DNA of 64,000 nt, taken from assembly GCA_015075515.1 (NCBI GenBank), contig JABTUE010000001.1, positions 1,013,001-1,077,000 of the forward strand. Reading direction: 5' to 3'. The position numbers and the translations under genes were made by a program. The notes below the pieces were generated by a model, which was not told the origin of the DNA, did not search any database, and worked only from the letters and a program-made list of their open reading frames with translations. The stretch comes from Planctomycetota bacterium. Lineage in GTDB: Bacteria > Planctomycetota > UBA8742 > UBA2392. Below are positions 36,786 through 45,581 of this stretch, piece by piece; the first letter of the stretch is position 1, and the number at the start of each line of letters is the position of its first letter.

Positions 36786-39640
36786 GCCGTCCCCCTGTAT
36801 GCGCCGGAAAGTGGGGCGGTCGGGGCAGGTGGGGCGGATGGGCCTTGCAAGCGGGTTTCAGGCCGTCTGTCCTGCCCCGCCCTGCCTGCCTGTTGGGGCA
36901 GGTCGTGGGGCGCGCCTTTGTTCCCTGCCCCACTGTCGCCCCAGTCCTGCCCCAGTGATTCATGCATAGTGGGGCAGCGGGAATCCCCTTCATTTAGGCT
37001 TTCGTCGCCATCCTGCCCCACTTGCCCCACTTCCTCACCAAGTAAGAACGACGGCGACAGGCACAACACGCGCGGCCGGCTTCCCGCGATGGAAACCTTG
37101 ACGGTCAGGTGTTTGCCGTCCGTGCGGATCAGCAGGCCCTTTTCACGCAACTGTCGGCGCAGGGTGCTTTCGGAAACGGCCAGCGGCTCGCCCGTGCGGT
37201 TGCACATGCCCTGCACGGCGGCAAACGCGGCTTGCGGCTCCAGGTACAGGATTTCCCCGTCTGTCCAGCCGGCCCGCGCGCCCTTGGCCCGCCAGTGGCC
37301 TTCAATGCGGTCGCCGACGACTTCTTGGCCGCCCAGGTATTCCCAGCCCCACGCCGACGCGCGGGGCGGATTGTCGTTGTTCATGCCGGCGACGTGGGCC
37401 GCGCCGGAGTGGATTGCCGCTTGCAGCAACTCGCGGAAGCGGTCCACGGGATCGGCGCTGGCCAGATGCTCGCCTTGCAGTCGGGCGACTTCCAGCAGCG
37501 CGGCGCGGGCCTTGGCCAGCAACTCGCGCGTCCCGGCGGTGTCAAGCACGCCGCAGTGCTGGCCGAACTCCGCGAACACTTCCAGGGCGGCGTACAAGCC
37601 GGCAACGTGGTCCGGCGTTTGTCCGTGCGTGAACCCGCCCATGCCGCGCCAGGCCGTAGGCGCGCGCAAGATGCGGTCTTGGGCGGCGGTCAGGTTGTTG
37701 CCCGTCGCCAACCAGCGAATGAAGCCGGCCAAAGCGGCGGCGTACAGGCCCGCGTCGCCGTCGTGCTGGCAGCGGGTCAGGGCGGCCAGATTCACGTCGC
37801 CGTCGCCGGCTCCTTCACGCGACGCGGCTTGCAGGTTCAACACCAGCAGGCGCGCGCGGAGGCTCTGGCCGCGCGGCACATCTTCGCCCGTGACCAGCAG
37901 GGTCCCGCGCGGCGGCTTGGCGTCAATCGGCGTGCCATCCTGCCGACAGCGGCCGCGCCCTTGCCCGTTGTTCTGGCCGCGTAAGACTTGATCGGCGCGC
38001 CGGTGATAGGCCGCCACGTCGAATTGGGTGCCGCCGGGCGCGAAGTCGTCAATCACAAGCAGGGCGTCCTTGGCGTGAAAACAAAGCGCGCGCAGGGCGT
38101 TGGGTGTGTGCTCCCAGCTTGCGGGCAGGTTGCCACGGTTCATGGCCGGCCCGAAGAAGCGTTGCACCAGCGCGGCCAGTTCGCTCTTGCGCGTGCCGGT
38201 GCGGCCGTTGAGAAACACCGTCGCGTCGCACTTGCCCAGCACCGCGCGCCACGGCAGGGCGAACAGCGGCAACGCCACGCGGCCAGGCGCGACTTCCAGC
38301 AGGCGCAGGGACGCGGCCACGGCATCGCGCAGGGCGTCGCCTTGGGGCGGATCAGGCAGGCGGTACAGCGCAAGTCCCTGCGGGTCCGTCTCAATGTCGT
38401 CGCGCGCGCCGTCTGCCCCAATGCCGCCGGCGGTGTGCAGGTAAACCCGCTGGCCCGCGACTTGCCGCCAGCCGGTGTGCGTGAACACGACGCGCGTTGG
38501 CGTTTCGCCGGACGTGAGTTGCAGGGCTGCTTGCACGTGCGCCTCCGCGTTGAAACCGGGGAACACCACGGCGTTTGTGCCCAGGTGTTCCACGGCCCAT
38601 TTGCGGACGTTGGCGAGTTGGGCGGCGGGAATCGTGAACGGCGCGGTCCTTCGGCCGGCGTGTTCGGCCTGCACCTCAAGTGTCCGCGCGGGCTGGCCCG
38701 ATCCGTCGTCGCGCGTTACTTGCGCGACAATGCGCGCGGTCCAGTTGGTCAACGTAAGCGGCACGTGGCCGTCGCGTGTCGGCTTCAGCCAGACGAACCC
38801 GCCGGGCGTGACTTGGTAGGCGCAGTCTGCCGGAGCGTCCGTGGCCGCCGGTTCGGTGACGGGAACATCTGGCGCGGCCGCCAGCAGGTCCGCCACGGCG
38901 CAGGGCGTGTCGCGCCACACAAGCACACTCTCGCGGCGCGGGTTGGCTTCGCCGGCGACGGCGCAGTTGGGGGCACGGAACACGCGCGCCAGGTCGTGCG
39001 TCACATCGGCCTTGAAGCCGGCCCGTCGGGCCTCTGCCAGCGGCTCACCCAAGGCCGCCAGGGCGTCAACGCACAGGCGCGCCAACCCTTCGCAGGCGCG
39101 GCGGTACTCGTTGGCGTCGGTCACTGGCGCAAGCAGCGGCGCAATCACGCGCGCCCCGCGCGGCGTCAGGTGGCCCAGCGCGCCGGGCAGCTTGCCGTCG
39201 AGCATGGCCAGAGTCAGAGCGTCGGCGCGGTCGTGCGGCAGGGCGGCGTGTTTGCCGGCGCTGTCGTGCCAGTCCAGGTCGCAGACGGCGCAGGATGCCG
39301 AAAGCCAGTGGTCGCCCTTGCGCCGGTTGTCGCGCCAGCGGTGCGGCGCGAACCAGCTTTCCTTGTCCGGGTCCAGTTCGGACAAGCCGTCAGCAAGGGC
39401 GGCAGGCGTCCATTCGGACAGCGTATGAAAGCCCTTGGCGCTGCGAACCTTCAGGCCGGCACCGAATGAAAAGCCGGTGTCGGGTCCGGCGCTTGTCGCG
39501 CCAGGTGGTGCAATTTCCCCTGAACTCGCGTCACGTCCGATTCCACTTTCGGGGGTCTGGGGGCCGTCGCCGGGTTCGTCGGTTTGTGTCGGGCTGGCGT
39601 TGCCGCGCCGGCCCGACGTGTTTTCGGTCGGTGCGAGCAT
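36782..39640 (-). CDS. Large P-loop protein, putative phage/plasmid primase-helicase (DUF927-like) replication protein
   Basis: 952 aa. A Walker-A-like motif VFLNGRTGTRKSELA and Walker-B-like LLVIDDFAPGG sit in the C-terminal half. Its position between the excisionase-like gene and small phage-like genes suggests a replication role. Confidence 0.55.
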   Translation of the reverse strand: MLAPTENTSGRRGNASPTQTDEPGDGPQTPESGIGRDASSGEIAPPGATSAGPDTGFSFGAGLKVRSAKGFHTLSEWTPAALADGLSELDPDKESWFAPHRWRDNRRKGDHWLSASCAVCDLDWHDSAGKHAALPHDRADALTLAMLDGKLPGALGHLTPRGARVIAPLLAPVTDANEYRRACEGLARLCVDALAALGEPLAEARRAGFKADVTHDLARVFRAPNCAVAGEANPRRESVLVWRDTPCAVADLLAAAPDVPVTEPAATDAPADCAYQVTPGGFVWLKPTRDGHVPLTLTNWTARIVAQVTRDDGSGQPARTLEVQAEHAGRRTAPFTIPAAQLANVRKWAVEHLGTNAVVFPGFNAEAHVQAALQLTSGETPTRVVFTHTGWRQVAGQRVYLHTAGGIGADGARDDIETDPQGLALYRLPDPPQGDALRDAVAASLRLLEVAPGRVALPLFALPWRAVLGKCDATVFLNGRTGTRKSELAALVQRFFGPAMNRGNLPASWEHTPNALRALCFHAKDALLVIDDFAPGGTQFDVAAYHRRADQVLRGQNNGQGRGRCRQDGTPIDAKPPRGTLLVTGEDVPRGQSLRARLLVLNLQAASREGAGDGDVNLAALTRCQHDGDAGLYAAALAGFIRWLATGNNLTAAQDRILRAPTAWRGMGGFTHGQTPDHVAGLYAALEVFAEFGQHCGVLDTAGTRELLAKARAALLEVARLQGEHLASADPVDRFRELLQAAIHSGAAHVAGMNNDNPPRASAWGWEYLGGQEVVGDRIEGHWRAKGARAGWTDGEILYLEPQAAFAAVQGMCNRTGEPLAVSESTLRRQLREKGLLIRTDGKHLTVKVSIAGSRPRVLCLSPSFLLGEEVGQVGQDGDESLNEGDSRCPTMHESLGQDWGDSGAGNKGAPHDLPQQAGRAGQDRRPETRLQGPSAPPAPTAPLSGAYRGTA

Positions 39641-39643
39641 GGC

Positions 39644-39865
39644 TCAAACCCCCTTCATTTCGAGTTGTTCGATCCACGCCAGCAGCGTGGCCCGGCGCAC
39701 GAAGATTTTGGATTTCTTCGCGCCGCGTCCGGGCCGCACAACGGCCAGTTCGCCGGCGTACACCGCACGGCGGATCGTGTCGCGGCTGACGCCGACGATT
39801 TGGGCGGCGTCGTCCAGCGACAACAGCAGGGCTTGCACGGGGGGCGTTTCAAGAGTCTTGCTCAT
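39644..39865 (-). CDS. Excisionase/AlpA-like helix-turn-helix DNA-binding protein
   Basis: The internal ATG at 39865 gives about 73 aa with an HTH (DAAQIVGVSRDTIRRAVYAGELAVVRPG). It lies between the integrase module and the primase-like gene. Confidence 0.6.
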   Translation of the reverse strand: MSKTLETPPVQALLLSLDDAAQIVGVSRDTIRRAVYAGELAVVRPGRGAKKSKIFVRRATLLAWIEQLEMKGV

Positions 39866-40085
39866 GGGTTCCTCCATTGCCGGCGAACGGCCGGCGCGTT
39901 GTCGGACAGCCTCCAGTCGGAGCGACAAGTCGGAAGCTCAACCCCGCGTTTGTCGTCCCAGTGACGGCGTGTCACGCGGAGTGAGGCTTTCTGTAGAATC
40001 GGACCGAAGTTGAATCCGGCCGCCCCAGGAACGTGCAGACCCGCCTTGGAGGCGGGTCTGCAAAACACCGAAGGTTGAAATTCAA

Positions 40086-40943
40086 CTATTCTTCGGCGGC
40101 AACGGCCTCGATTCGCCCTTGGTGATCCTTGGTCCCCCGGAAAACCGTTCCATGAGGGAGCATTGTGAGACCTTCTCGGTAGTACTCAGAGTTGGGAGGC
40201 TTGGACAAAGCGGACTTGCTGAGTCCGACTTGCGCGGCTACGGCTTCCCGGCTGACAGTCAAACCTGCGTCAGAGAGCTTCTTCATTGCCCCCCAAATCT
40301 CCGCTTGCCGATTTCCCCGCCTCTTGGTGCTCTTCGCGGCCAGGACTGCGGCCGCTTGGGTCTCAGCTTGAATCCGTGCGTGGTACTGAATCGCTGCCAG
40401 TGCAGCTGACGGCCAGTCTCTCAACTGCTCAAGCAACAAGTGCAACTTCATGTAGTACTGCTCGGGCGCGCTGTTAAAGCGGGCATTCTCACTGCCCCAG
40501 TGAGCTGTTTGCCATTCGAGGCTGCGAGTAAGTGAATTCCAAGTCGCTCCAATTGCCTTCGCCCACGTGACCCCTTGGTGGCGCGAAGGCCATCCGGGAA
40601 TGGCCGCGGTGTTGAGTCGCTCGCAGAGACTCCCAATCTTCTTGTTCGTCACCCACCACCACGTCTGGTTCTTGGGGTCGGTCACCCCTTGGCCCTTCCA
40701 ATCGGACGTGTAGAACTGGTGTTCGACTTCTGGCCTGTCAAGAATGTCTGGCCGCGCCCATCCAATCATTGACCCGCCCAAGCCGTTTCCACTCAAATGC
40801 GGAGAGGCCTGCGCTCGTATATGTGCCAGTAGCCCATCCGACACAAGGAAGCACCGTCCAATGTGGTACCCGAACATCTGGCGGCAGAAGTCCAAGTCGC
40901 GTTGGATTTCGCCAAGTAGTAGCTGTAAGTCGGTGGTTGTCAT
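40086..40943 (-). CDS. Hypothetical protein, low-GC cargo gene (C-terminal HTH-like segment)
   Basis: 285 aa. Local GC is about 57%, the lowest in the window. It is Trp-rich with LSDAGLTVSREAVAAQVGLSKSAL near the C-terminus. Confidence 0.5.
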   Translation of the reverse strand: MTTTDLQLLLGEIQRDLDFCRQMFGYHIGRCFLVSDGLLAHIRAQASPHLSGNGLGGSMIGWARPDILDRPEVEHQFYTSDWKGQGVTDPKNQTWWWVTNKKIGSLCERLNTAAIPGWPSRHQGVTWAKAIGATWNSLTRSLEWQTAHWGSENARFNSAPEQYYMKLHLLLEQLRDWPSAALAAIQYHARIQAETQAAAVLAAKSTKRRGNRQAEIWGAMKKLSDAGLTVSREAVAAQVGLSKSALSKPPNSEYYREGLTMLPHGTVFRGTKDHQGRIEAVAAEE

Positions 40944-41012
40944 GTGCGTTCCTCCAACGGTTCCAGCCGCACTTGGCCACGATTATAGGACGCCCCGCGA
41001 CATCTTGAGCGG

Positions 41013-42383
41013 TCAGGCGCGGTTCAGCTTCAACAGGCGGCCCGCGCGGCCGGTACGCGCTGAAATCCAGCCTTCCAGGGCGGGCTTGATTCCCAACAGT
41101 TCCTCCACAGTCGCGGCGCTGGCCTGCTTGCGCGGCAGCGCGAAGTGGCCGGCGTAGTGCTTGACCAGAACCGCGTAGTCGTGGCCCAGTTCGCCGGCCA
41201 CGACGTACAGGTTCAGCCCAAGGCCGGAGTTGGCAAGGTACGTCGCGCAGGTTGAGCGGAAGTCCTTGGGCTTCCACTTGAAGTCCGTCGCCCCTTGGAC
41301 GGCCTTGATGGCGGCCTTCAGGCTGCGCCCCACAACGGTTTCCGCGTCGTCGTCGTCATCGTCGTCGGGCAAGACGTGGCGCTTGTCGCCAATCGCCAGG
41401 GGCAGCGCCCCGCCGAAGACGTAAGGCTCGGCCTTGGGGTCGGCCGCGCCCGCCATCGTTTGCAGCATCTTGCGCAGCGCAGGCCGGGAGGTCAGCGGCA
41501 CGACCCGTTGCCGGCGCGTCTTGGCACCGTAGATCAGCAGCCGGTCGCCGTCGAAATCAACCCACGACTCCGGCGCGTCGGGCGCGGACGGCTTCCAGCG
41601 CAGGCGTTCGGCTTCACCGCGACGGCAGCCCGTGACCATCAGAAATGCCAGCAAGGGGAACAACTCGCTGTCAGGGCGCTCTTCGTCGTGCGTCGCGGCT
41701 GCTTCCAGTATCCCCCGCAGGTTGGCGGAAGTCAGGGTAACGGGTTTGACTTCCACGCGACCCACGGACAGTCCCTCGTTGATGGCTTCGGCGTCCAAGC
41801 GCACGCATGACAGCCGCCTGCGCCCGAAGTTCAGCATGGCCTTGAAGTGGCGGGCGATGCCAGCGACGGAATGGGGCGACAGCGCCGCGCCGGTGCGGCT
41901 GTTGGGTTGGTTTCGCACATGCTCAACAAATCCCTCCAGGTCGCCGACGGTCAAGTCGTGTGGCCGGGCCGGCCGGCCGCGCCAGGACTCAAGAAACGGC
42001 CAGCACTGGCGGTAGCCGATCAAGGTCTTGGGCGAGCGGTCCTTGGCGGTCAGGTGCTTGGCGTGTTGCTCTAGCAGTTGCAGCCATGTCGCGTCACGGT
42101 CAACAGGCTTGGCGCCGTCGGCCAGTTGCTGCCGTTCTTTGGCCAGTTCGCGCGACTTGGCGACGGCGAACGGCCGGGCCGCTTCCCGCGACGAAAGAGG
42201 CAGGCCGTCGTGGCCGGCAAGAACCAGTTTGCGGCGTGCTCCCACCCTGCCTTGTGGCGCCGGATCACGCCAGCGCAGCGCGACAACAGTCTGTCCGCCG
42301 CGCCTCTCGGTTGAAATGGTGACGCCGGGGTGCTCGCTTCGCGACCTTTTGCTGTAGCCCTTGCGTGTGCGTTTGCGTGCCAT
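41013..42383 (-). CDS. Tyrosine-type site-specific integrase
   Basis: ATG at 42383; the longer ORF to 42662 would run into the att repeat and is rejected. The C-terminal catalytic region is RSTCATYL...LGHDYAVLVKHYAGH. It has an N-terminal core-binding/SAM-like domain and lies adjacent to attR. Confidence 0.85.
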   Translation of the reverse strand: MARKRTRKGYSKRSRSEHPGVTISTERRGGQTVVALRWRDPAPQGRVGARRKLVLAGHDGLPLSSREAARPFAVAKSRELAKERQQLADGAKPVDRDATWLQLLEQHAKHLTAKDRSPKTLIGYRQCWPFLESWRGRPARPHDLTVGDLEGFVEHVRNQPNSRTGAALSPHSVAGIARHFKAMLNFGRRRLSCVRLDAEAINEGLSVGRVEVKPVTLTSANLRGILEAAATHDEERPDSELFPLLAFLMVTGCRRGEAERLRWKPSAPDAPESWVDFDGDRLLIYGAKTRRQRVVPLTSRPALRKMLQTMAGAADPKAEPYVFGGALPLAIGDKRHVLPDDDDDDDAETVVGRSLKAAIKAVQGATDFKWKPKDFRSTCATYLANSGLGLNLYVVAGELGHDYAVLVKHYAGHFALPRKQASAATVEELLGIKPALEGWISARTGRAGRLLKLNRA

Positions 42384-42409
42384 GCAGTACTCCCGTGGGG
42401 GACAAGAAT

Positions 42410-42439
42410 GGGGACAAGGTTTGGCATAACCTTGTCCCC
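42410..42439. promoter_or_regulatory. Perfect 12-bp inverted repeat GGGGACAAGGTT-N6-AACCTTGTCCCC immediately upstream of the integrase start; the same half-site recurs as direct repeats beside both att copies
   Basis: The repeat is seen directly. Copies of GGGACAAGGTT lie at 22580-22600 (two tandem) and 42664-42683 (two tandem, degenerate). Confidence 0.45.
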
Positions 42440-42546
42440 ATTTGGCCCTATCCGGCACCGGATGGCCATTACAAAACAGGCCCAAATCCGCATAGGGAGC
42501 AACTTTGCGCAACTTGGCACTTTTCGGCACTAAATCCGTGGACCTA

Positions 42547-42641
42547 CTACGGATCAGAAGGTTGCACGTTCGACTCGTGCCGGGTGTACCAGCCACAAAG
42601 CCGCCTTGGGAGCCAATCCCAAGGCGGCTGACGTTTCCGGC
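42547..42641. repeat. attR-like direct repeat (partial tRNA-Arg 3' half plus downstream hairpin); an imperfect extension continues to about 42720
   Basis: It matches 22463-22557 with a few mismatches. There is no tRNA 5' half upstream. Confidence 0.75.
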
Positions 42642-42734
42642 TGGCACCCTGAAAAACCCCAAACGGACAAGGTTACGGACAAGCTCTGCGTTATTCCGGC
42701 GCCGGCTGCCCCGGCGCGTGCTTGCGGGCGGGGG

Positions 42735-45545
42735 CTAGCCGTGCGGGTGGCGCACGGCCTCGAGTTCGGCCTCGGCGGGGGCGGCCTTGCCGCCCCGAAC
42801 CGGGATCAGGTTGACCGCGCACACCTTGTATTCGGCGGTGCCGGCCAGCGGGTCGCCCACGTCAACCGTGAGTTTATTGATCGCAGCCTCGGTGAAGTGC
42901 AGCGGCATCCAGACGTTGCCCTTCTGCACGCGGCCGGAAACCCAGACTTTGGCGTACACCCCGCCGCGGCGCGAGACAACCTTGACCTTGTCGCCGTCGG
43001 CCACGCCCAGTTTTGCCGCGTCTTCTTCATGCACTTCAACAAAGCACTCGCCCACCTTGGCCATGGTCCCGCTGTCGCGGCGGGTCTGGGTGCCGGCGTT
43101 GTAGTGGTACAGCACGCGGCCGGTGGCCAGGTTGTACGGGTATTCTTCGTCGGGCAGCTCCACGGGCGGGCGATAGTTGGTGACAATAAACGTGCCCTTG
43201 CCCTTCACCGGCCCGCCCTTGTGCATGTACTGGGTGCCTTCGTGGTCGGGGCCGGTGCAGGGCCACTGGATGCCCATCGGCGTGGCATCCAGGCGTTCGT
43301 GGCTGATGCCCGCGTAGCGCGGGGCCAGGCTGGCAATTTCGGCGTACACCTCGCCGGCGTTGCGATAGTGCGGCATGGCGTATCCCGCCGCGCGGGCAAA
43401 GTCGCACAGGATCTGCCAGTCCGGCCGCGCGTTGCCGGGCGGGTTGACGGCCCTGCGCACGCGCTGGACACGACGGTCGGTGTTGGTGAACACGCCGTCT
43501 TTTTCGGCAAAGCTGGCGCCGGGGAAGACCACATGGGCGTACTTTGTGGTCTCGTTCATGAAGATGTCCTGGTGAATCAGGAACTCCAGCGCCTTCACGC
43601 CGTGTTCCAGGTGGTTGGTGTTGGGCTCGGAAATCAGGATGTCCTCGCCCATGACGTACAGCGCCCTGACGCTGCCGTCTTCAACCCCCTTCATGATCTC
43701 GTTCAGGTTCTTGCCCACGCCGGCCGGCAGGTCGGTCTGCCAGGCGGCCTCAAATTTGGCGCGGTTGGCCGGGTCGCCCGCGGGCTGAAAGCCCGTGTAA
43801 TACAGCGGTGTGGCGCCCGCATCCGTCGCGCCCTGCACGTTGTTCTGGCCGCGCAATGAGTTCAGGCCGCCAAAGGGCACGCCCAGGTGCCCGGTCATCA
43901 TCACCAGGTTGGCCAGGCTGAAAATGTTGTCCGTGCCGTGGGCGTGTTCGGTGATGCCCAGCGTGTAGTAGATCGCGGCCTTACGCGTGGTGGCGTATTC
44001 AATGGCCGCGGCCTTGATCAGCTCGGCAGGCACGCCGGTGACGCGCTCGGCTTCGGGCAGCTTGAACTTGGCCAGGTTGGCGCGCAGTTCGGGCCAGCCT
44101 TCGGTGTGTTTTTCGATGAAGTCTTTGTCCACCAGGCCTGCGTCAATGATCGCCTGGGCCATGGCGTTGATCAGCCACACATCGGTGCCGGGCCTGAGCT
44201 GCAGGTGCATGTCGGCGTAGTCGCACAGCCAGATTTTGCGCGGGTCGGCAATCACCATGCGGGCGCCGCGCTGGCGCGCGACCTTCATTTCCATGGCGAT
44301 GATGGGGTGGGCTTCGGTGGTGTTGCTGCCGATGATGAACAGAAAGTCCAGGTCCCGGATTTCCGGGATGCTGTTGGACATCACGCCTGCGCCAAAGCTC
44401 TTCACGAGAGCCTGTTCCGTCGGGAAATGTCACGTGGCGGCACAGGAGTGAATGTTGCCGGTCTTGAAGGCCGCGCGGGCGACCTTGCCCATCAGGAAGT
44501 TTTCTTCGCCGGTGCAGCGCGCCGATGAAATGAAGCCCAGGGCCCCGGGCCCGTGGCGCTGCTTGACGCGGTTCATGCCCTCGGCGGCGAACTTGAGGGC
44601 TTCGTCCCAGCTTACGGCGTGCAGCCTGCCGTCGGCCTTGCGGATCATCGGCTCGGTGATGCGGTCCTTGTGGTGGATGAAGTCGTAGGCAAAGCGGCCC
44701 TTGATGCACAGGTTGCCGTCGTTGACGGTTTCGCCGGGCGGGGGGCTGGTGACGCGCACGACTTTTTCGACGCCGTCCACCCTGGCAACGTTCAAATCCA
44801 TCTGGCAGCCGACGCCGCAGTAGTTGCAGGTGGTGCGCACCTTGCGCTCGATGTGGTGGGGCAGAAACTCGATTGCCTTTTTCTCGACCAGCGCGCCCGT
44901 CGGGCAGGTGTCAATGCAGCCGCCGCAGAGTTCACAGGTGGTGTCCAGCAGCCCGCGCATGCCCGCGGTGCCGATGGTGGTTTCGCTGCCGCGGCCGGTG
45001 AGTGTAATGGCGTTCACGGCCTCGATTTCGTCGCAGTAGCGCGTGCAGCGGGCGCAGAGAACGCATAGTTCGGGGTTGAACTGGATGTACGGGTTTTTGT
45101 CGCCGGGGCGCGCGGCACGCGGCGCCTCGACGGGTTCCAGCGCCACGGGCCTGCATTGCGTGGCCCAGGCGCGCAGGTCGTTGCCGTTGCAGGTTTCCAC
45201 CGGCAGGCCGGAATCATCCAGCTTGTGGTCGGCCATGTACAGGCTGACCAGCAGGTCCTGGTGTTTCTGCACGCGCGGGCTGGTGACCTGGGTCTTGACC
45301 ACCTGGTTGGGCACGGCGTTCCAGGCGCACGAGGGCTGCAACCGGCGCTGGCCTTCAACCTCGACCAGACAGGCGCGGCAGGCGCCGGCGGGGTCCAGAC
45401 GCTTGTCGTCGCACAGGGTGGGGATGGAGATGCCCGCGCGCTGGCAGGCGCGCAGGACGGTTTCGCCGGGCTGTGCAGCCACGGGTTTGCCGTCAACAGT
45501 GATGGTGAAACCGTCGGTCATGGTACCCGCGGGCAAGTGTACCAT
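42735..45545 (-). CDS. fdhA: Formate dehydrogenase alpha subunit (molybdopterin oxidoreductase with N-terminal 2Fe-2S/4Fe-4S domains), selenocysteine-containing; the in-frame TGA at 44430-44432 is read as Sec
   Basis: Two same-frame ORFs (44430..45545 and 42735..44405) are separated only by TGA. Around the TGA the sequence NIHSCAAT-U-HFPTEQALVKSFGAGVMSNS aligns with E. coli FdhF NVDCCARV-U-HGPSVAGLHQSVGNGAMSNA. A hairpin GCUCUCGUGAAGAGC lies 18 nt downstream of the UGA. The N-terminal start could also be 45521. Confidence 0.8.
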
Positions 45546-45581
45546 TTTTCCACAACCGCCAAGGGTGGCAAAGGGTTGGGG

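Larger units (their letters stand above)
22463..42641. mobile_element. Integrative genomic island (about 20 kb) inserted in tRNA-Arg(ACG), carrying integrase, excisionase-like and primase-like genes plus a defence cargo
   Basis: Direct repeats of the tRNA 3' half bound it. A tyrosine integrase abuts the right repeat. GC falls to about 55-63% against about 70% in the flanks. The gene content is phage/ICE-like. Confidence 0.75.

Noticed and set aside
35866-36993. The 375-aa minus-strand ORF as one gene
   Set aside because: Its N-terminal 188 codons overlap the zinc-finger gene in another frame and are Arg/Pro-rich. Only the C-terminal 187 aa (from ATG 36429) look genuine.
42735-45545. Interpretation of the two adjacent FdhA ORFs as a frameshifted or nonsense pseudogene
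   Set aside because: Both parts are in the same frame. A single TGA sits exactly at the conserved Sec position with a downstream hairpin. Selenocysteine recoding fits better than pseudogenisation.
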